Of a stretch of 64,000 nucleotides of DNA, positions 20,366 through 31,045 are shown piece after piece. Location: positions 1 to 64,000 of the forward strand of contig JAZDKB010000023.1 in assembly GCA_043803405.1 (NCBI GenBank), read 5' to 3'. Position 1 is the first letter of the stretch. Every line of letters begins with the position of its first letter. The notes under the pieces are model-generated. The model was not told where the DNA came from. It searched no databases and was given only the letters and a program-made list of their open reading frames with translations. Origin of the DNA: Spirochaetota bacterium (GTDB lineage Bacteria > Spirochaetota > UBA4802 > JAFGDQ01). The translations under genes were made by a program, and so were the position numbers.

Positions 20366-21572
20366 GCGTATAATTCCCGGTCAGCTTGCCGTAGTAGTTC
20401 AGCAAATCTTCGGACAGGAACTCCCATCTTTGTTTAAGAGCATATACCCTTGCATTTTTAACGATTTTCCTTGCGCGTTCCGGATTATTCAGCAGGTATA
20501 GTATTTTTGAACAGAAATCGGCGGCATTTTCCGGCTGAGCGAGCAAGCCTGTTTTCATGTTTTCTATTATCCCCAAAGGCCCGCCTTTGGCAGCTGCAAC
20601 GACAGGCAGGCCGGAAGACATTGCTTCAAGGACAACATTTCCGAAAGTCTCGGTAATGGAAGGGAAAACAAAAATATCGCTGGAAGCGTAAATCCTGGCA
20701 AGGTCGTCTTTGATGAGATTCCCGGTAAAAACAGCTCCGGGCATCTTCTTCTTCAGATAGTTTAGCTTCGGCCCGTCGCCTGTAACGACCAGTACGACAT
20801 CATTTCTTTCTTTCTTCAGGTAATTATTTATTTCGATAAGGGTTTTTAAGTCTTTTTCCATAACAATGCGGCTAACGAATAAAATACTTTTTTTATCTTT
20901 GCCGGTGATGCCTTCCATATATCCTGTATCCCGTTTTGCTGGATTATATAACGAGTAATCCACACCTCTTCCCCAGATAAAAAGACGCTTTTCATCAATA
21001 CCGGCGTCAACCATTTCATCTCTAATAGGACGCGTGGGCACTAGGGCGGCATCGCATTGATTATAAAACCACAAAATTATTTTCCATACAATAGTTTGAA
21101 TAAAAGCACTCAACATGAAAGAAAATCTGAAATAATATTTTATATATGCCGCAAAATGAGTGTGATATGTGCCTATGAGCGGGAGATTATTGAATTTCGC
21201 GTATTGTACCGCATACTTTCCGAGAAACGACGGCGTTGTAAAATGGATTAAATCCGGGCTGAAATTATCGATTTCCTGCTTCAGCGTTTTCGATATTTGC
21301 GGCAGGCCAAGACGGTATGTCTTGTTCAAAGGAAAAGTGATATAAGGACACTGTAAAACTTTATATCCGAATGAATTCTCCGGCGGATACGGAGTAATAA
21401 AAAGAAATTCATAATTACTTCCTTTAATATGTCTAAGGAAGTTAAATATGGTATTGCTTACACCGTCAATGTTTTCTTTCAGCACATCGGTAAACATTGC
21501 GACTTTAATTTTTTTGTTCTTTGTGTTACTTGTTTTTATAGAGTCAATATTTAATATATTTCTGATAAACAT
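20337..21572 (-). CDS. GT4 glycosyltransferase (glycolipid synthase-like)
   Basis: IDGVSNT, YHTHF, WGRGVD, ETFGNVVLEAMSSGLP. Confidence 0.92.
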   Translation of the reverse strand: MFIRNILNIDSIKTSNTKNKKIKVAMFTDVLKENIDGVSNTIFNFLRHIKGSNYEFLFITPYPPENSFGYKVLQCPYITFPLNKTYRLGLPQISKTLKQEIDNFSPDLIHFTTPSFLGKYAVQYAKFNNLPLIGTYHTHFAAYIKYYFRFSFMLSAFIQTIVWKIILWFYNQCDAALVPTRPIRDEMVDAGIDEKRLFIWGRGVDYSLYNPAKRDTGYMEGITGKDKKSILFVSRIVMEKDLKTLIEINNYLKKERNDVVLVVTGDGPKLNYLKKKMPGAVFTGNLIKDDLARIYASSDIFVFPSITETFGNVVLEAMSSGLPVVAAAKGGPLGIIENMKTGLLAQPENAADFCSKILYLLNNPERARKIVKNARVYALKQRWEFLSEDLLNYYGKLTGNYTHGQYEAKTK

Positions 21573-21929
21573 TATTTGCCCGTGATATTTTGTCAGTTAT
21601 AAATGCCCAACATTATGCCGCCGGTATTGACGGTATTTTTGCGCTGCGGAACTTCCTCAAAGAATGTTGTTATTTATATTTAGCGTTTTATGTACAGATG
21701 GTGAGCTAATACTTTCCAGGTTAAGAAAATGTGTTGTTTTTATTAATTTTGTAAAAATAATTTAAGACAGCTTGTAAAAAGATTTATTTTTATTAAATAT
21801 AATACTTATTTAAAATTTATCGGGAATGATTAACTGAATTTCACAGCGGAATGAAAGGACACCGGATGTACGTTAAAACGCGCATATCAGATTTACGGCA
21901 ACTCTATTGTAAACCGGCTGTAAAATTCA

Positions 21930-23618
21930 ATGAAAAAAAAATTAAAATATATAATATTGGTTTTGCCTTTTCTTTTTATTGCGACAGGTCTGGTTTTAAA
22001 TTTAATTATTGATTTGCAAACTTATGACGGGTTCCCGCCCGAGAGATTTTCGGTAAAATATGATGATAACGATGTTCCGGTAATCGGGAATATTTTTAAA
22101 CCGAAAAATAAATATGATAAAAAATACCCTGTAATTATTTATTTTTCCGGTTTTATGGCTCAAAAGGATATTGATCCCAGAATACCTGTTGAATTCTGCA
22201 GAAGAGGCTTCCTTGTCCTGACAATAGATATACACGGGCATGGGGAAATGGACGGCTCTTTCGGCAGTTCAATTATTACGGATGTGAAAAATGCGATACG
22301 ATATGTAAAGACGAATTTAAAGGAAATTGCGGATGTAAACAGGATATGCATTCTGGGGCATTCGGCAGGCGGGTACGCAGCGCTGGGAGCGGGAACATCC
22401 TCCGTTGCGGCTGCGGCAGTGTGGGCCGCGCCTTCATATTATGATGAGAAAATCATTTATAAAATGAACAGGCCCCTTAAGCTTTATAACCCGTCAGCCT
22501 CAGTGGAATACCTGAAAGAGCTGAATAAAAGCGCCCCGTATTATTCTTTAAGCAAAAATAATTCAGACAATCTGTTAATTATTCATCATGAATCCGATCC
22601 TGTTGTTTCCATTAAACAGGCGGAATCCATACAGCGTAAAACCGGCGCCAGGCTAATAAAGATCGGCAATGAAAAGCGGGCAGGTATATTTGCTTTTATT
22701 AATGCTCCATTGCTTAATCATTATTTGATTCACGATTCGGTTTTAATCGATACGATAAACTGGTTCGAGACAAAACTGGATTTAAAACGCGTGAAGGTTG
22801 ATGAAAATTATCATTTTTTATATCTTTGCAAGTTTTACTTTATAATAATTTTTTTTACCGGATCATTTCTCAGCGTATTCAGCCTGATTTATATTTTAAG
22901 CAATAAAAAAATCGCAGAGTCTGTTACAATAGAATCGGATAATATAAATAAATCAACCGGATACAAATACCAGTTTTTATCACTTTTCTCTCCTTTAATA
23001 TTATTCGGCAGCCTGTTTATGTCTCACCAGTATGTCAGGTCGCTTGAAAAAATAAGATTTAATGAATATTTTCTTGTTCCCAGTGCGATCCTTTTAGTAT
23101 TTATGATTCTTTATCTCGTTTTAAATAAAATTAATATCATAAGTATTTTAGATCTGGAAGATATCGGTAAGTCTTTGACAATAGGCCTTTATTTTATAAT
23201 AATTAATTTTCTTTTTGTATGGAATTTTAAATTCTTTGTATTATATCCCCATAAATTTTTTTATTATTTAGTATCGTTTATTATCACTTTCCCCTGGTTT
23301 TTTTTAAGCGGACAGATTATTTTTCAATTTTCCGGCAATCGCATGCTGGAATTTGTCACAGGGAAAACAGGGATCAATCCGAACAGATTTTTAGTTTTAG
23401 GAAATGTAATTCCTGTTGTAACAGGCATAATATATTATTTAATTTTCCTTTTAATAATGCCCAAGGTAATTGCTGTTATTATAGTTGTTTTTATTCTTCT
23501 AATTCTTTTCCTGTATTCCAGTTACATGATTTACAGACGCTATTCGATAACAGGCACGGCTGTTACGAACAGTATAATAGCATCGTTCTTTTACGGGACA
23601 TGTTACTGGTTTTTTTAA
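21930..23618 (+). CDS. Alpha/beta hydrolase with C-terminal multi-TM region
   Basis: DIHGHG, GHSAGG, SDPVV; hydrophobic C-terminus. Confidence 0.8.
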   Translation: MKKKLKYIILVLPFLFIATGLVLNLIIDLQTYDGFPPERFSVKYDDNDVPVIGNIFKPKNKYDKKYPVIIYFSGFMAQKDIDPRIPVEFCRRGFLVLTIDIHGHGEMDGSFGSSIITDVKNAIRYVKTNLKEIADVNRICILGHSAGGYAALGAGTSSVAAAAVWAAPSYYDEKIIYKMNRPLKLYNPSASVEYLKELNKSAPYYSLSKNNSDNLLIIHHESDPVVSIKQAESIQRKTGARLIKIGNEKRAGIFAFINAPLLNHYLIHDSVLIDTINWFETKLDLKRVKVDENYHFLYLCKFYFIIIFFTGSFLSVFSLIYILSNKKIAESVTIESDNINKSTGYKYQFLSLFSPLILFGSLFMSHQYVRSLEKIRFNEYFLVPSAILLVFMILYLVLNKINIISILDLEDIGKSLTIGLYFIIINFLFVWNFKFFVLYPHKFFYYLVSFIITFPWFFLSGQIIFQFSGNRMLEFVTGKTGINPNRFLVLGNVIPVVTGIIYYLIFLLIMPKVIAVIIVVFILLILFLYSSYMIYRRYSITGTAVTNSIIASFFYGTCYWFF

Positions 23619-23656
23619 TTTGACAGCCTGACAGTATTTTTGCAGAAAAAGTTAAA

Positions 23657-24154
23657 ATGATTAAAAAAATACATACATTGCTTATTTTTGTTTTATTTTT
23701 TCAGGCCGGACATTTGTACGCGGAAAAGACAGTGGATGTTTTTGTTATCCGCAGCAATGTGATTAAAAGCTGGATACAATATTCAATTAAGCTGACCGGT
23801 GATTTTAACTTTATCGGTAATGAACCTGTATTCGGATTCAGAAAAAGGCCGGGCGGGAGCAGGCGCGAGTTGAGTTATTTTGAAAGCCGATATTATGGAA
23901 TTGAATCCCAGAGAATAATAAATGACTCGACGATTGAACTGGGATTAAAAGCTTTTCCTTCAAGGAAGGTAATCATTGAAATTAAAAACAGAACGGTTAT
24001 TTCATATATAGACATAAACGGAAAGAAATGCGTTTTTATTGAAGCCATGATATATGCTAAAAAAGGATTGCTTACAAGTTACACCGGATACGCAGATATT
24101 ATCGGCATGGATATTGAATCAAAAACAAAAGTATACGAGCGAATTAATAAATAA
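23657..24154 (+). CDS. Exported DUF4833-like protein
   Basis: Signal peptide; ELSYFESRYYGI, YIDINGKK, GMDIESKTKVYERI resemble DUF4833 (from memory). Confidence 0.55.
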   Translation: MIKKIHTLLIFVLFFQAGHLYAEKTVDVFVIRSNVIKSWIQYSIKLTGDFNFIGNEPVFGFRKRPGGSRRELSYFESRYYGIESQRIINDSTIELGLKAFPSRKVIIEIKNRTVISYIDINGKKCVFIEAMIYAKKGLLTSYTGYADIIGMDIESKTKVYERINK

Positions 24155-24171
24155 TAATAATTATTTCAAGT

Positions 24172-24387
24172 TTATTCAGTGAATTCGTATCCTTTGAATT
24201 CCGTTGTTTTACCCAGGCTTAATTCGTATAAATAATGTTCCAGCTTAACAATTGACAGCATGTATTTATAGATGAGCCTGGCATATTTTTTTTTGATATT
24301 GTTGCGGACGTGCCTGAACAATAATGAATCGAATAAAAATGCTGAAACGGATTTTACGGCATTATACATTTCTTTGATAAATACCAT
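24172..24387 (-). CDS. Small hypothetical protein
   Basis: ATG preceded by AAGGTGA RBS; intergenic location. Confidence 0.45.
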   Translation of the reverse strand: MVFIKEMYNAVKSVSAFLFDSLLFRHVRNNIKKKYARLIYKYMLSIVKLEHYLYELSLGKTTEFKGYEFTE

Positions 24388-24588
24388 TAAAAATCACCTT
24401 TGAATTATATCGTCTGAACGATATATTAATTTATTAATTGCTTAGTATGTGAAAATTTATTCAGAAGAAAAGTAAATGAATAATAAAGAAAAAATTAAAT
24501 TATAATGAATTTATGAATCTGTATTAAACTGTTCTGCTTGTCTTAATTAAGCTGTCTAGAAAATTTTAATCGCCTTCTGCCGGTACAT

Positions 24589-24615
24589 TGTCACATTCGT
24601 TTTTTTGCGGTTAAT
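24589..24615 (-). repeat. Dispersed intergenic repeat, copy 4
   Basis: Reverse complement reads ATTAACCGCAAAAAAACGAATGTGACA. Confidence 0.7.
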
Positions 24616-24713
24616 TGCACCAAAATTGGAATACATAATAAAAACATAATATTTTTATCCAAAATTAATACCGGATGAATATATTATTTATTAGTTAAAT
24701 TATTTTTAAGGTT

Positions 24714-25994
24714 ATGCCGGGTGATTTTATGCAGAATATTATGTTTAGGGAAGAGGCGACTGATGGCATTTTAGAAATAATGACCGGGCAAAATGCTGAT
24801 GATACTGATCTAAACAGAAGCCGGATTAATATCAAGAAACCGTGCAAGCTGTTTGGGCAAGTAATCGGGAAAATCGCAAGCAGCCATTATTATACCGGCG
24901 GCGACGTAAAGGTTGAAGATATTCTTTCACAATTAAACAACGATGAATCTGTTTCTTCACTCGGAGTGGTTGATGGCAGTGGCGCTATAATAGGAATCGT
25001 CACCCGAAATATGTTTTTTGATATTTTGGGCAGGCCATTCGGATGGGACTTGCATAAAAACAAGAAGATCAGCACCATTGTTATTGACGCGCGGCGTTAT
25101 GAATATACGACAAATATATTTTCGATTGCAGATGCTATTACCGGCGATTTAATGTCAAAAAGCGACATACATTACATTCTGACCGATGAAAATGATCGTT
25201 TTTTTGGAATTTTTAATAACAGAGACCTCCTGATGTATCTTTCATACATTACGCAGCGCGATATCGGCTTCGCGAAAAATGTTCAGTCAAGTATAATAAA
25301 TGAAGAGACCATGTATCAAAACAAATACTGCGAAATTCTTGCCGGCACACGAATGGCCAAGGATGTCGGCGGCGATCATTATATAATTAAAAAGCACAAT
25401 GATACCAACTGGTTCATTTCAGTATGCGATGTTGCCGGGAAGGGAATATCAGCATCACTGGTGTCGGTTTTACTTAGCGGAATGAATTATATGTATGATT
25501 TTAGCCTGGGGATTAAACAATTCGTTTTACGTTTAAATTCTTTCGTCTACTCCTCGTTTAAATCGGAAAAGTTCATTACCGGTATATTTGCAGATTTTAA
25601 CGAAAAAAGCGGCAAAATAACGGTATTTGATGCGGGTCATTCCCATTGTTTCCTGATTAGAAATAAAAAGTGCATACCTTTAAAATCGGTTTCCGAAAAC
25701 ATTCCAATCGGAGTGTCGTCCGAATACAGTCCGGCAGGATACAGCTTTACAATGAAAGCGGAAGATATGCTTGTATTTTTGACTGATGGGATTGAAGAGC
25801 AGACTAATCCCGAAGGCGACAGGTACGGACAGGAAGCGCTGATCGGCCACATATTGAAACAGCGGTCAGCTGAATTAAAAGACCTGAAGAATTTCATATT
25901 CAGCGACATACGCGCATTCAGAAAACACCAGACTCAGGATGATGACATGACACTCCTTATGCTGAAATACACTGGTGGGATTCTTCATGCTTAG
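24714..25994 (+). CDS. CBS + SpoIIE/PP2C phosphatase
   Basis: VGGDHY, DVAGKG, LTDGIEE, DDDMT; N-terminal CBS-like region. Confidence 0.9.
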   Translation: MPGDFMQNIMFREEATDGILEIMTGQNADDTDLNRSRINIKKPCKLFGQVIGKIASSHYYTGGDVKVEDILSQLNNDESVSSLGVVDGSGAIIGIVTRNMFFDILGRPFGWDLHKNKKISTIVIDARRYEYTTNIFSIADAITGDLMSKSDIHYILTDENDRFFGIFNNRDLLMYLSYITQRDIGFAKNVQSSIINEETMYQNKYCEILAGTRMAKDVGGDHYIIKKHNDTNWFISVCDVAGKGISASLVSVLLSGMNYMYDFSLGIKQFVLRLNSFVYSSFKSEKFITGIFADFNEKSGKITVFDAGHSHCFLIRNKKCIPLKSVSENIPIGVSSEYSPAGYSFTMKAEDMLVFLTDGIEEQTNPEGDRYGQEALIGHILKQRSAELKDLKNFIFSDIRAFRKHQTQDDDMTLLMLKYTGGILHA

Positions 25995-26158
25995 AAGCGA
26001 TTTGCTTTAGTTCCCCGAACCGGCTGCATTCTCCCGGATTATTAAATATTTATTTATTATATCTTTATATATTTCTAACAAGACCCGCTTATTTCTACCT
26101 TAATAGTTCAATTAATTAAATTTTTGTCAAATTTTTGTAAATCCGGGAGATATTTGAA

Positions 26159-27220
26159 ATGATTAATTTTGCGCTTGTAGGATGCGGCAGGATTGGAAAG
26201 CGCCATGTAGATCTGCTGGGGAACAATCAGATAAAAAACGCGCGCCTTGCCGCTGTTTGCGACGTAGTGGAAGAACGCGCAAAAGATTTCGGTTCCAGGT
26301 ACAATGTGCCTTATTATACCGATATGGACCGCATGATGGAAACCGAAAAAAGCATAGATGCCGTTTCGATCCTGACGCCAAGCGGCCTGCACGCAGGCAA
26401 TGTTATAAATCTCACAAAATATAAAAAGCATATTCTTGTTGAAAAACCGATGGCTCTCACCTTAGACGATGCCGATGCCATGATCGCGCAATGTGCGGAA
26501 AACAACATTAAGCTGTTTGTCGTAAAGCAAAATCGTTTTAATGTTCCGGTAAGGATGCTGCGGAACGCGCTTACTGAAGGGCGTTTCGGCAAACTGATAT
26601 TCGGGACAGTAAGGGTGCGCTGGTGCAGAAGGCAGGACTATTACGATCAGGACTCCTGGCGCGGCACCTGGGCTTATGACGGAGGCGTATTCGCAAACCA
26701 GGCAAGCCATCATATTGATCTGCTTGAATGGATGATGGGCGAGGTGGATTCCGTGTTCGCGAAAAGCACTACTGCTCTTGTTAATATTGAAACCGAGGAC
26801 ACAGGCGTAGTAATCCTCAGGTTCAGAAACGGCGCCCTGGGAGTTATTGAAGCTACTACAGCCGCGCGTCCGAAAGACCTTGAAGGTTCCATATCCATAC
26901 TGGGTGAATACGGTACAGTGGAGATCGGAGGTTTTGCTGTAAACGAAATGAAGGTATGGACATTCGTTCCTGAGAGGCCCGAGGATAAGGAAATTTTAAC
27001 AAAATATTCGGTGAATCCTCCCAATGTATACGGCTTTGGGCATAAAGAATATTACGATGATGTCGTAGACAGCATAATCAATAATACGAAAGCTCTTGTG
27101 GACGGCCTTGAAGGAAGAAAAAGCCTTGAGCTGATTTCGGCAATATATGAATCCGTTGAAACCGGCCGCGAAGTATATCTCAGGTTTAAACCTCAGAGAT
27201 GCAAGCTGGGTATATTATGA
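26159..27220 (+). CDS. Gfo/Idh/MocA UDP-sugar 3-dehydrogenase (WlbA/WbpB/GnnA-like)
   Basis: [29 protein letters not shown]. Confidence 0.88.
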   Translation: MINFALVGCGRIGKRHVDLLGNNQIKNARLAAVCDVVEERAKDFGSRYNVPYYTDMDRMMETEKSIDAVSILTPSGLHAGNVINLTKYKKHILVEKPMALTLDDADAMIAQCAENNIKLFVVKQNRFNVPVRMLRNALTEGRFGKLIFGTVRVRWCRRQDYYDQDSWRGTWAYDGGVFANQASHHIDLLEWMMGEVDSVFAKSTTALVNIETEDTGVVILRFRNGALGVIEATTAARPKDLEGSISILGEYGTVEIGGFAVNEMKVWTFVPERPEDKEILTKYSVNPPNVYGFGHKEYYDDVVDSIINNTKALVDGLEGRKSLELISAIYESVETGREVYLRFKPQRCKLGIL

Positions 27221-27810
27221 TAGCATCGACAGCCTTAGTTTATCCGGATGTAAAGCTGGGGGAGAACTGCATCATCGAAGATTATTGTATAATAGGAGTG
27301 CCTGTTGCAGGGCATAAAAAAGTGGAAACTATCATAGGGGATAATGCCGTTATCCGTTCACATACTGTAATATATGCCGGGAATATTATAGGAAACAATT
27401 TTATGACCGGTAATAAGGCGAATATCAGGGAGCTCAATGAAATCGGCAATAATGTAAGCATTGGCACCATGAGCGTAATAGAATATAATACGAAGATATC
27501 CGATAATGTAAGGATTCATTCCCATGCTTTTATTCCCGAGTTCACGGTTCTGGGACGCGGTTGCTGGATCGGGCCAAATGTTGTAATTACTAACGATCGT
27601 TATCCCAAATCTCCTGCAGATAAAAAGAAGCTTCAGGCAGTTAATGTAAACGAAAATGCGAAGATAGGTGCAAACGTAACGATTTTACCGGGAGTTATTA
27701 TCGGTAAAAATTCGCTTGTTGGCGCAGGAAGCGTTGTGACCCATAATGTAAAAGAAAATTCAATTTACTCAGGCAATCCCGCCAGGTTTTTTCGCAATAT
27801 TCATTATTAA
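27217..27810 (+). CDS. Hexapeptide N-acetyltransferase (WlbB/WbpD-like)
   Basis: Hexapeptide repeats, TNDRYP, GNPAR; ATG at 27217 overlaps the upstream stop. Confidence 0.88.
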   Translation: MIASTALVYPDVKLGENCIIEDYCIIGVPVAGHKKVETIIGDNAVIRSHTVIYAGNIIGNNFMTGNKANIRELNEIGNNVSIGTMSVIEYNTKISDNVRIHSHAFIPEFTVLGRGCWIGPNVVITNDRYPKSPADKKKLQAVNVNENAKIGANVTILPGVIIGKNSLVGAGSVVTHNVKENSIYSGNPARFFRNIHY

Positions 27811-27939
27811 TAATCAGTCTTAAGTTTGATCTGAAGCGGGTTATGCGCGGAGTTACCGTAGTATTCTAATTTAAATATTATAATTACGCAGCCGGATTTC
27901 ATTGTAAATAAGAATAATATAGAATTTAGAGGATAAGAA

Positions 27940-29040
27940 ATGATACCGTTCGTTGATTTAAACAGGCAATATAATGAGATAAAGAACGAAGTGCAAAGTA
28001 AGATTGGCGAAGTGCTTGCTTCAAAGGCGTTTGTCCAGGGGAAGCATGCGAATCTGTTTGAAAAAGAATACGCGAAAGCGCATAAGCTCCCGTATTTTTT
28101 CGGATGTTCAAGCGGGAGCTGCGCTTTGCTTATCGCAGCCACTGCGCTGGGTTTATCCGAAGGTGATGAAGTAATTACAACGCCGCACACATTCATTGCA
28201 ACTGCAGAGCCGATTTATCATCTTAAAGCCAAACCTGTGTTTGCGGATATTGATCCTGTAACATATAACATAGACCCGGCGAAAATTGAAAAAGCGATCA
28301 CAAAAAAAACCAAAGCCATTCTGCCGGTGCATCTTTACGGAAATCCGGCGGACATGGACGCGATTATGGAGATAGCCCGCGAGCATAATTTGCTTGTGCT
28401 GGAAGACTGCGCTCATGCACACTTCGCAGTTTATAAAGACCGCTATGTGGGAACATTCGGGGACATAAGCGCTTTCAGTTTTAATCCTGGCAAAAACATG
28501 GGCGCGTACGGTGACGCGGGCGGAGTGGCGTCCACGCGCGAAGATCTGATAAAAAGGGCGCAAAAAATATTCGATCACGGCCGCCTTGATAATTACCTGC
28601 ACGACATGATAGGATATAATTTTCGTCTGGATGGGATACAGGGCGCAGTGTTGTCAGTGAAACTTAAATATATTCCGGAATGGACAAAGAAACGCGTGGA
28701 AAATGCAGAGCTGTATAATAATTTATTTAAAGATCATACGAACATTATTACGCCCAGGGCAATGGAAGGCTGCGGGCATGTTTATCATTTATACGTTATA
28801 CAGGTGAAAAACAGGGATCTCGTTATAAAACATCTGAAAGATAAAGGCATTGATGTCCGCAATCATTATCCTGTGCCGCTGCATCTTCAGCCGGCTTTTA
28901 ATTATCTCGGATACGGAAAAGGGGATTTCCCTGTTACCGAAGAAGTAGCGAACAGGGTTGTCAGCCTTCCGATTTTTCCGGAACTGACGGGTGATGAGAT
29001 TTCTTTTATTGCAAACGAAGTGATTAGTGTTGCTGAATAA
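27940..29040 (+). CDS. DegT/DnrJ aminotransferase (WlbC/WbpE/GnnB-like)
   Basis: PVHLYG, EDCAH, SFNPGKNMGAYGDAG, HYPVPLH. Confidence 0.92.
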   Translation: MIPFVDLNRQYNEIKNEVQSKIGEVLASKAFVQGKHANLFEKEYAKAHKLPYFFGCSSGSCALLIAATALGLSEGDEVITTPHTFIATAEPIYHLKAKPVFADIDPVTYNIDPAKIEKAITKKTKAILPVHLYGNPADMDAIMEIAREHNLLVLEDCAHAHFAVYKDRYVGTFGDISAFSFNPGKNMGAYGDAGGVASTREDLIKRAQKIFDHGRLDNYLHDMIGYNFRLDGIQGAVLSVKLKYIPEWTKKRVENAELYNNLFKDHTNIITPRAMEGCGHVYHLYVIQVKNRDLVIKHLKDKGIDVRNHYPVPLHLQPAFNYLGYGKGDFPVTEEVANRVVSLPIFPELTGDEISFIANEVISVAE

Positions 29041-29060
29041 TATAATGAAGAGATATTTTT

Positions 29061-30017
29061 ATGTACAGAAAGAAGAAGATATCGCTGGTAATTCCTGCGT
29101 ACAATGAAGCAAAACTGATAAAGCCTACGCTTGATGGAGTGCCGAAGCTGGTAGACCGCATTTATGTTGTCGACGATAAAAGCACGGACAACCAGAATAA
29201 AGTTATCCTGGATTGCGCGAAAAAAGACAAAAGAATAGTGCTGCTTAAACACGATGTTAATACAGGCTGCGGGGGCGCAATTATTACAGGATATCTCAGG
29301 TCCAGCATGGATGGCTACGACATTATTCTTGTAGTCGGGGGCGATAATCAAATGCCTCTTGCCGAGGCGGCCAATCTTCTTGACCCGCTTATAGACGGGA
29401 AAGCCGATTACGCCAAGGGCAACCGTTTTATGCTTTCTCAGTTTAAAAAAACAGTTTCTAAAATGCCACGTCTCAGGTTTTTCGCGAACTGGATTTTAAC
29501 CGCTCTTACCAAGATATGCTCTGGATACTACAAAACATCTGATGTTGTGGACGGATATACTGCAATAAGTAAAAAAGCAATTGATACTATCAATTGGTCG
29601 AAAGCGTGGAAAGCGTACGGTTACCCGATAGATTTCCTGACCCGTTTAAACGCGTACGGTTTTAAGGTGATTGATGTGCCCCGTACGGCAATTTACCTTG
29701 ATGGCCAGGTGCAGTCCCAGATTAAAGGCCTGAACTATTTTATTAAAGTTTCGCCGATGATACTTCGCAATTTTTTCTGGCGCCTTAATTTTAAATATCT
29801 GTATCTTGACTTTCATCCTCTCGTATTTTTCTATTATTTTTCCATTATTTTAATACCCTTAGGCCTTGCGCTCGGCATTTATCTGGTGCTGGATAAATTC
29901 TTCCTGGGAGATACTCATGTAACGCCATCAATGAGCATTCTCACTGCCCTCCTTCTTGTGAGCGGATTTCAGTTTCTGCTGTTCGCGATGTTTTTCGATA
30001 TGCAGGAAGGAGTGTAG
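29061..30017 (+). CDS. GT2 polyprenyl-phosphate glycosyltransferase (DPM/ArnC-like)
   Basis: VIPAYNE, VDDKSTD, KGNRF; two C-terminal TM helices. Confidence 0.88.
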   Translation: MYRKKKISLVIPAYNEAKLIKPTLDGVPKLVDRIYVVDDKSTDNQNKVILDCAKKDKRIVLLKHDVNTGCGGAIITGYLRSSMDGYDIILVVGGDNQMPLAEAANLLDPLIDGKADYAKGNRFMLSQFKKTVSKMPRLRFFANWILTALTKICSGYYKTSDVVDGYTAISKKAIDTINWSKAWKAYGYPIDFLTRLNAYGFKVIDVPRTAIYLDGQVQSQIKGLNYFIKVSPMILRNFFWRLNFKYLYLDFHPLVFFYYFSIILIPLGLALGIYLVLDKFFLGDTHVTPSMSILTALLLVSGFQFLLFAMFFDMQEGV

Positions 30018-30034
30018 TTCTGGCAGGGTTAACA

Positions 30035-31045
30035 ATGCGTATTCCCGCGAATCTGGGTGAACATTGCCGTATAATAACGGAAGAAGCAATAGATATTGAC
30101 AGATGCTTCAGGGATTTTTCCGTTGCCGCAGGAGAAAAGCTTCTCAGGTATTATATGGCTCCGGTTTTAAAATATATGCCTACAGGCCTGCGGTATGCAG
30201 TAACTGATATTGCCAAGCGCTTACGCAATCCTTCGCGAAAGGTTAACTTGAATTATCCGATGGATTTTATTGAAAACAGAAAAATCGTCAGAAGATTAAA
30301 AAATGATCTCAGGCCATGGTGGGGTAAAAAAGCCGTAGTCTCTATTTCTCACGATGTGGACAACGACAGGGGCTATGCCTTTGTCTCAAGAATGGCGGAA
30401 ATGGACCATAAAGCAGGGATCATGTCCGCGTTTAATTTTCTTACGCATGATAATTATGTTCCGGATAAAAGCGTGCTTGAGCATCTTAAAGGCATGGGGA
30501 TGGAAATAGGACTTCACGGATATACGCATGACCAGGGATTTGCTTTTCGCAGCCGCGTGAATATGGCAAAGCAGCTCGCTGCCGCGCTTTCGGCCCTTGA
30601 AGGATTGGGTATAACCGGCATAAGAACTCCGGCATTGTCGAAGAGCCGGGCATACTTCGCTGCAATACGGGAAGCAGGATTAAAATATGATTCTTCAATG
30701 CAGATAGGGTCCGGCATATATCAGGGCGTAAGGCTGCCTTACCCGTATTATTTTGAAGAGTTCGGTATATGGGAGATACCGCTAATGATACAGGATGATA
30801 ATTATCTCAGGGATTCAGCCACAAACGAGAAAGACATGCTTTCATCTATCATACGTTTTATTGAAGAGACCATTGCACTTAACGGCGTTATGGTGCTGAA
30901 CATGCATCCTCACCTGATGTGCGACAGAAGCAGCCTGTATCTTAAGGTTCTTGACGCTCTTTCGGACTACAAAAAAGAAGTCAGCTTTACAGCAACAGGC
31001 ATGATTTATGAATACGCGGAACAGCAAAGAAAAGAGAATGTTTAA
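30035..31045 (+). CDS. Polysaccharide deacetylase (CE4)
   Basis: SHDVD, GLHGYTHD, RTP, YDSS, NMHP. Confidence 0.85.
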   Translation: MRIPANLGEHCRIITEEAIDIDRCFRDFSVAAGEKLLRYYMAPVLKYMPTGLRYAVTDIAKRLRNPSRKVNLNYPMDFIENRKIVRRLKNDLRPWWGKKAVVSISHDVDNDRGYAFVSRMAEMDHKAGIMSAFNFLTHDNYVPDKSVLEHLKGMGMEIGLHGYTHDQGFAFRSRVNMAKQLAAALSALEGLGITGIRTPALSKSRAYFAAIREAGLKYDSSMQIGSGIYQGVRLPYPYYFEEFGIWEIPLMIQDDNYLRDSATNEKDMLSSIIRFIEETIALNGVMVLNMHPHLMCDRSSLYLKVLDALSDYKKEVSFTATGMIYEYAEQQRKENV

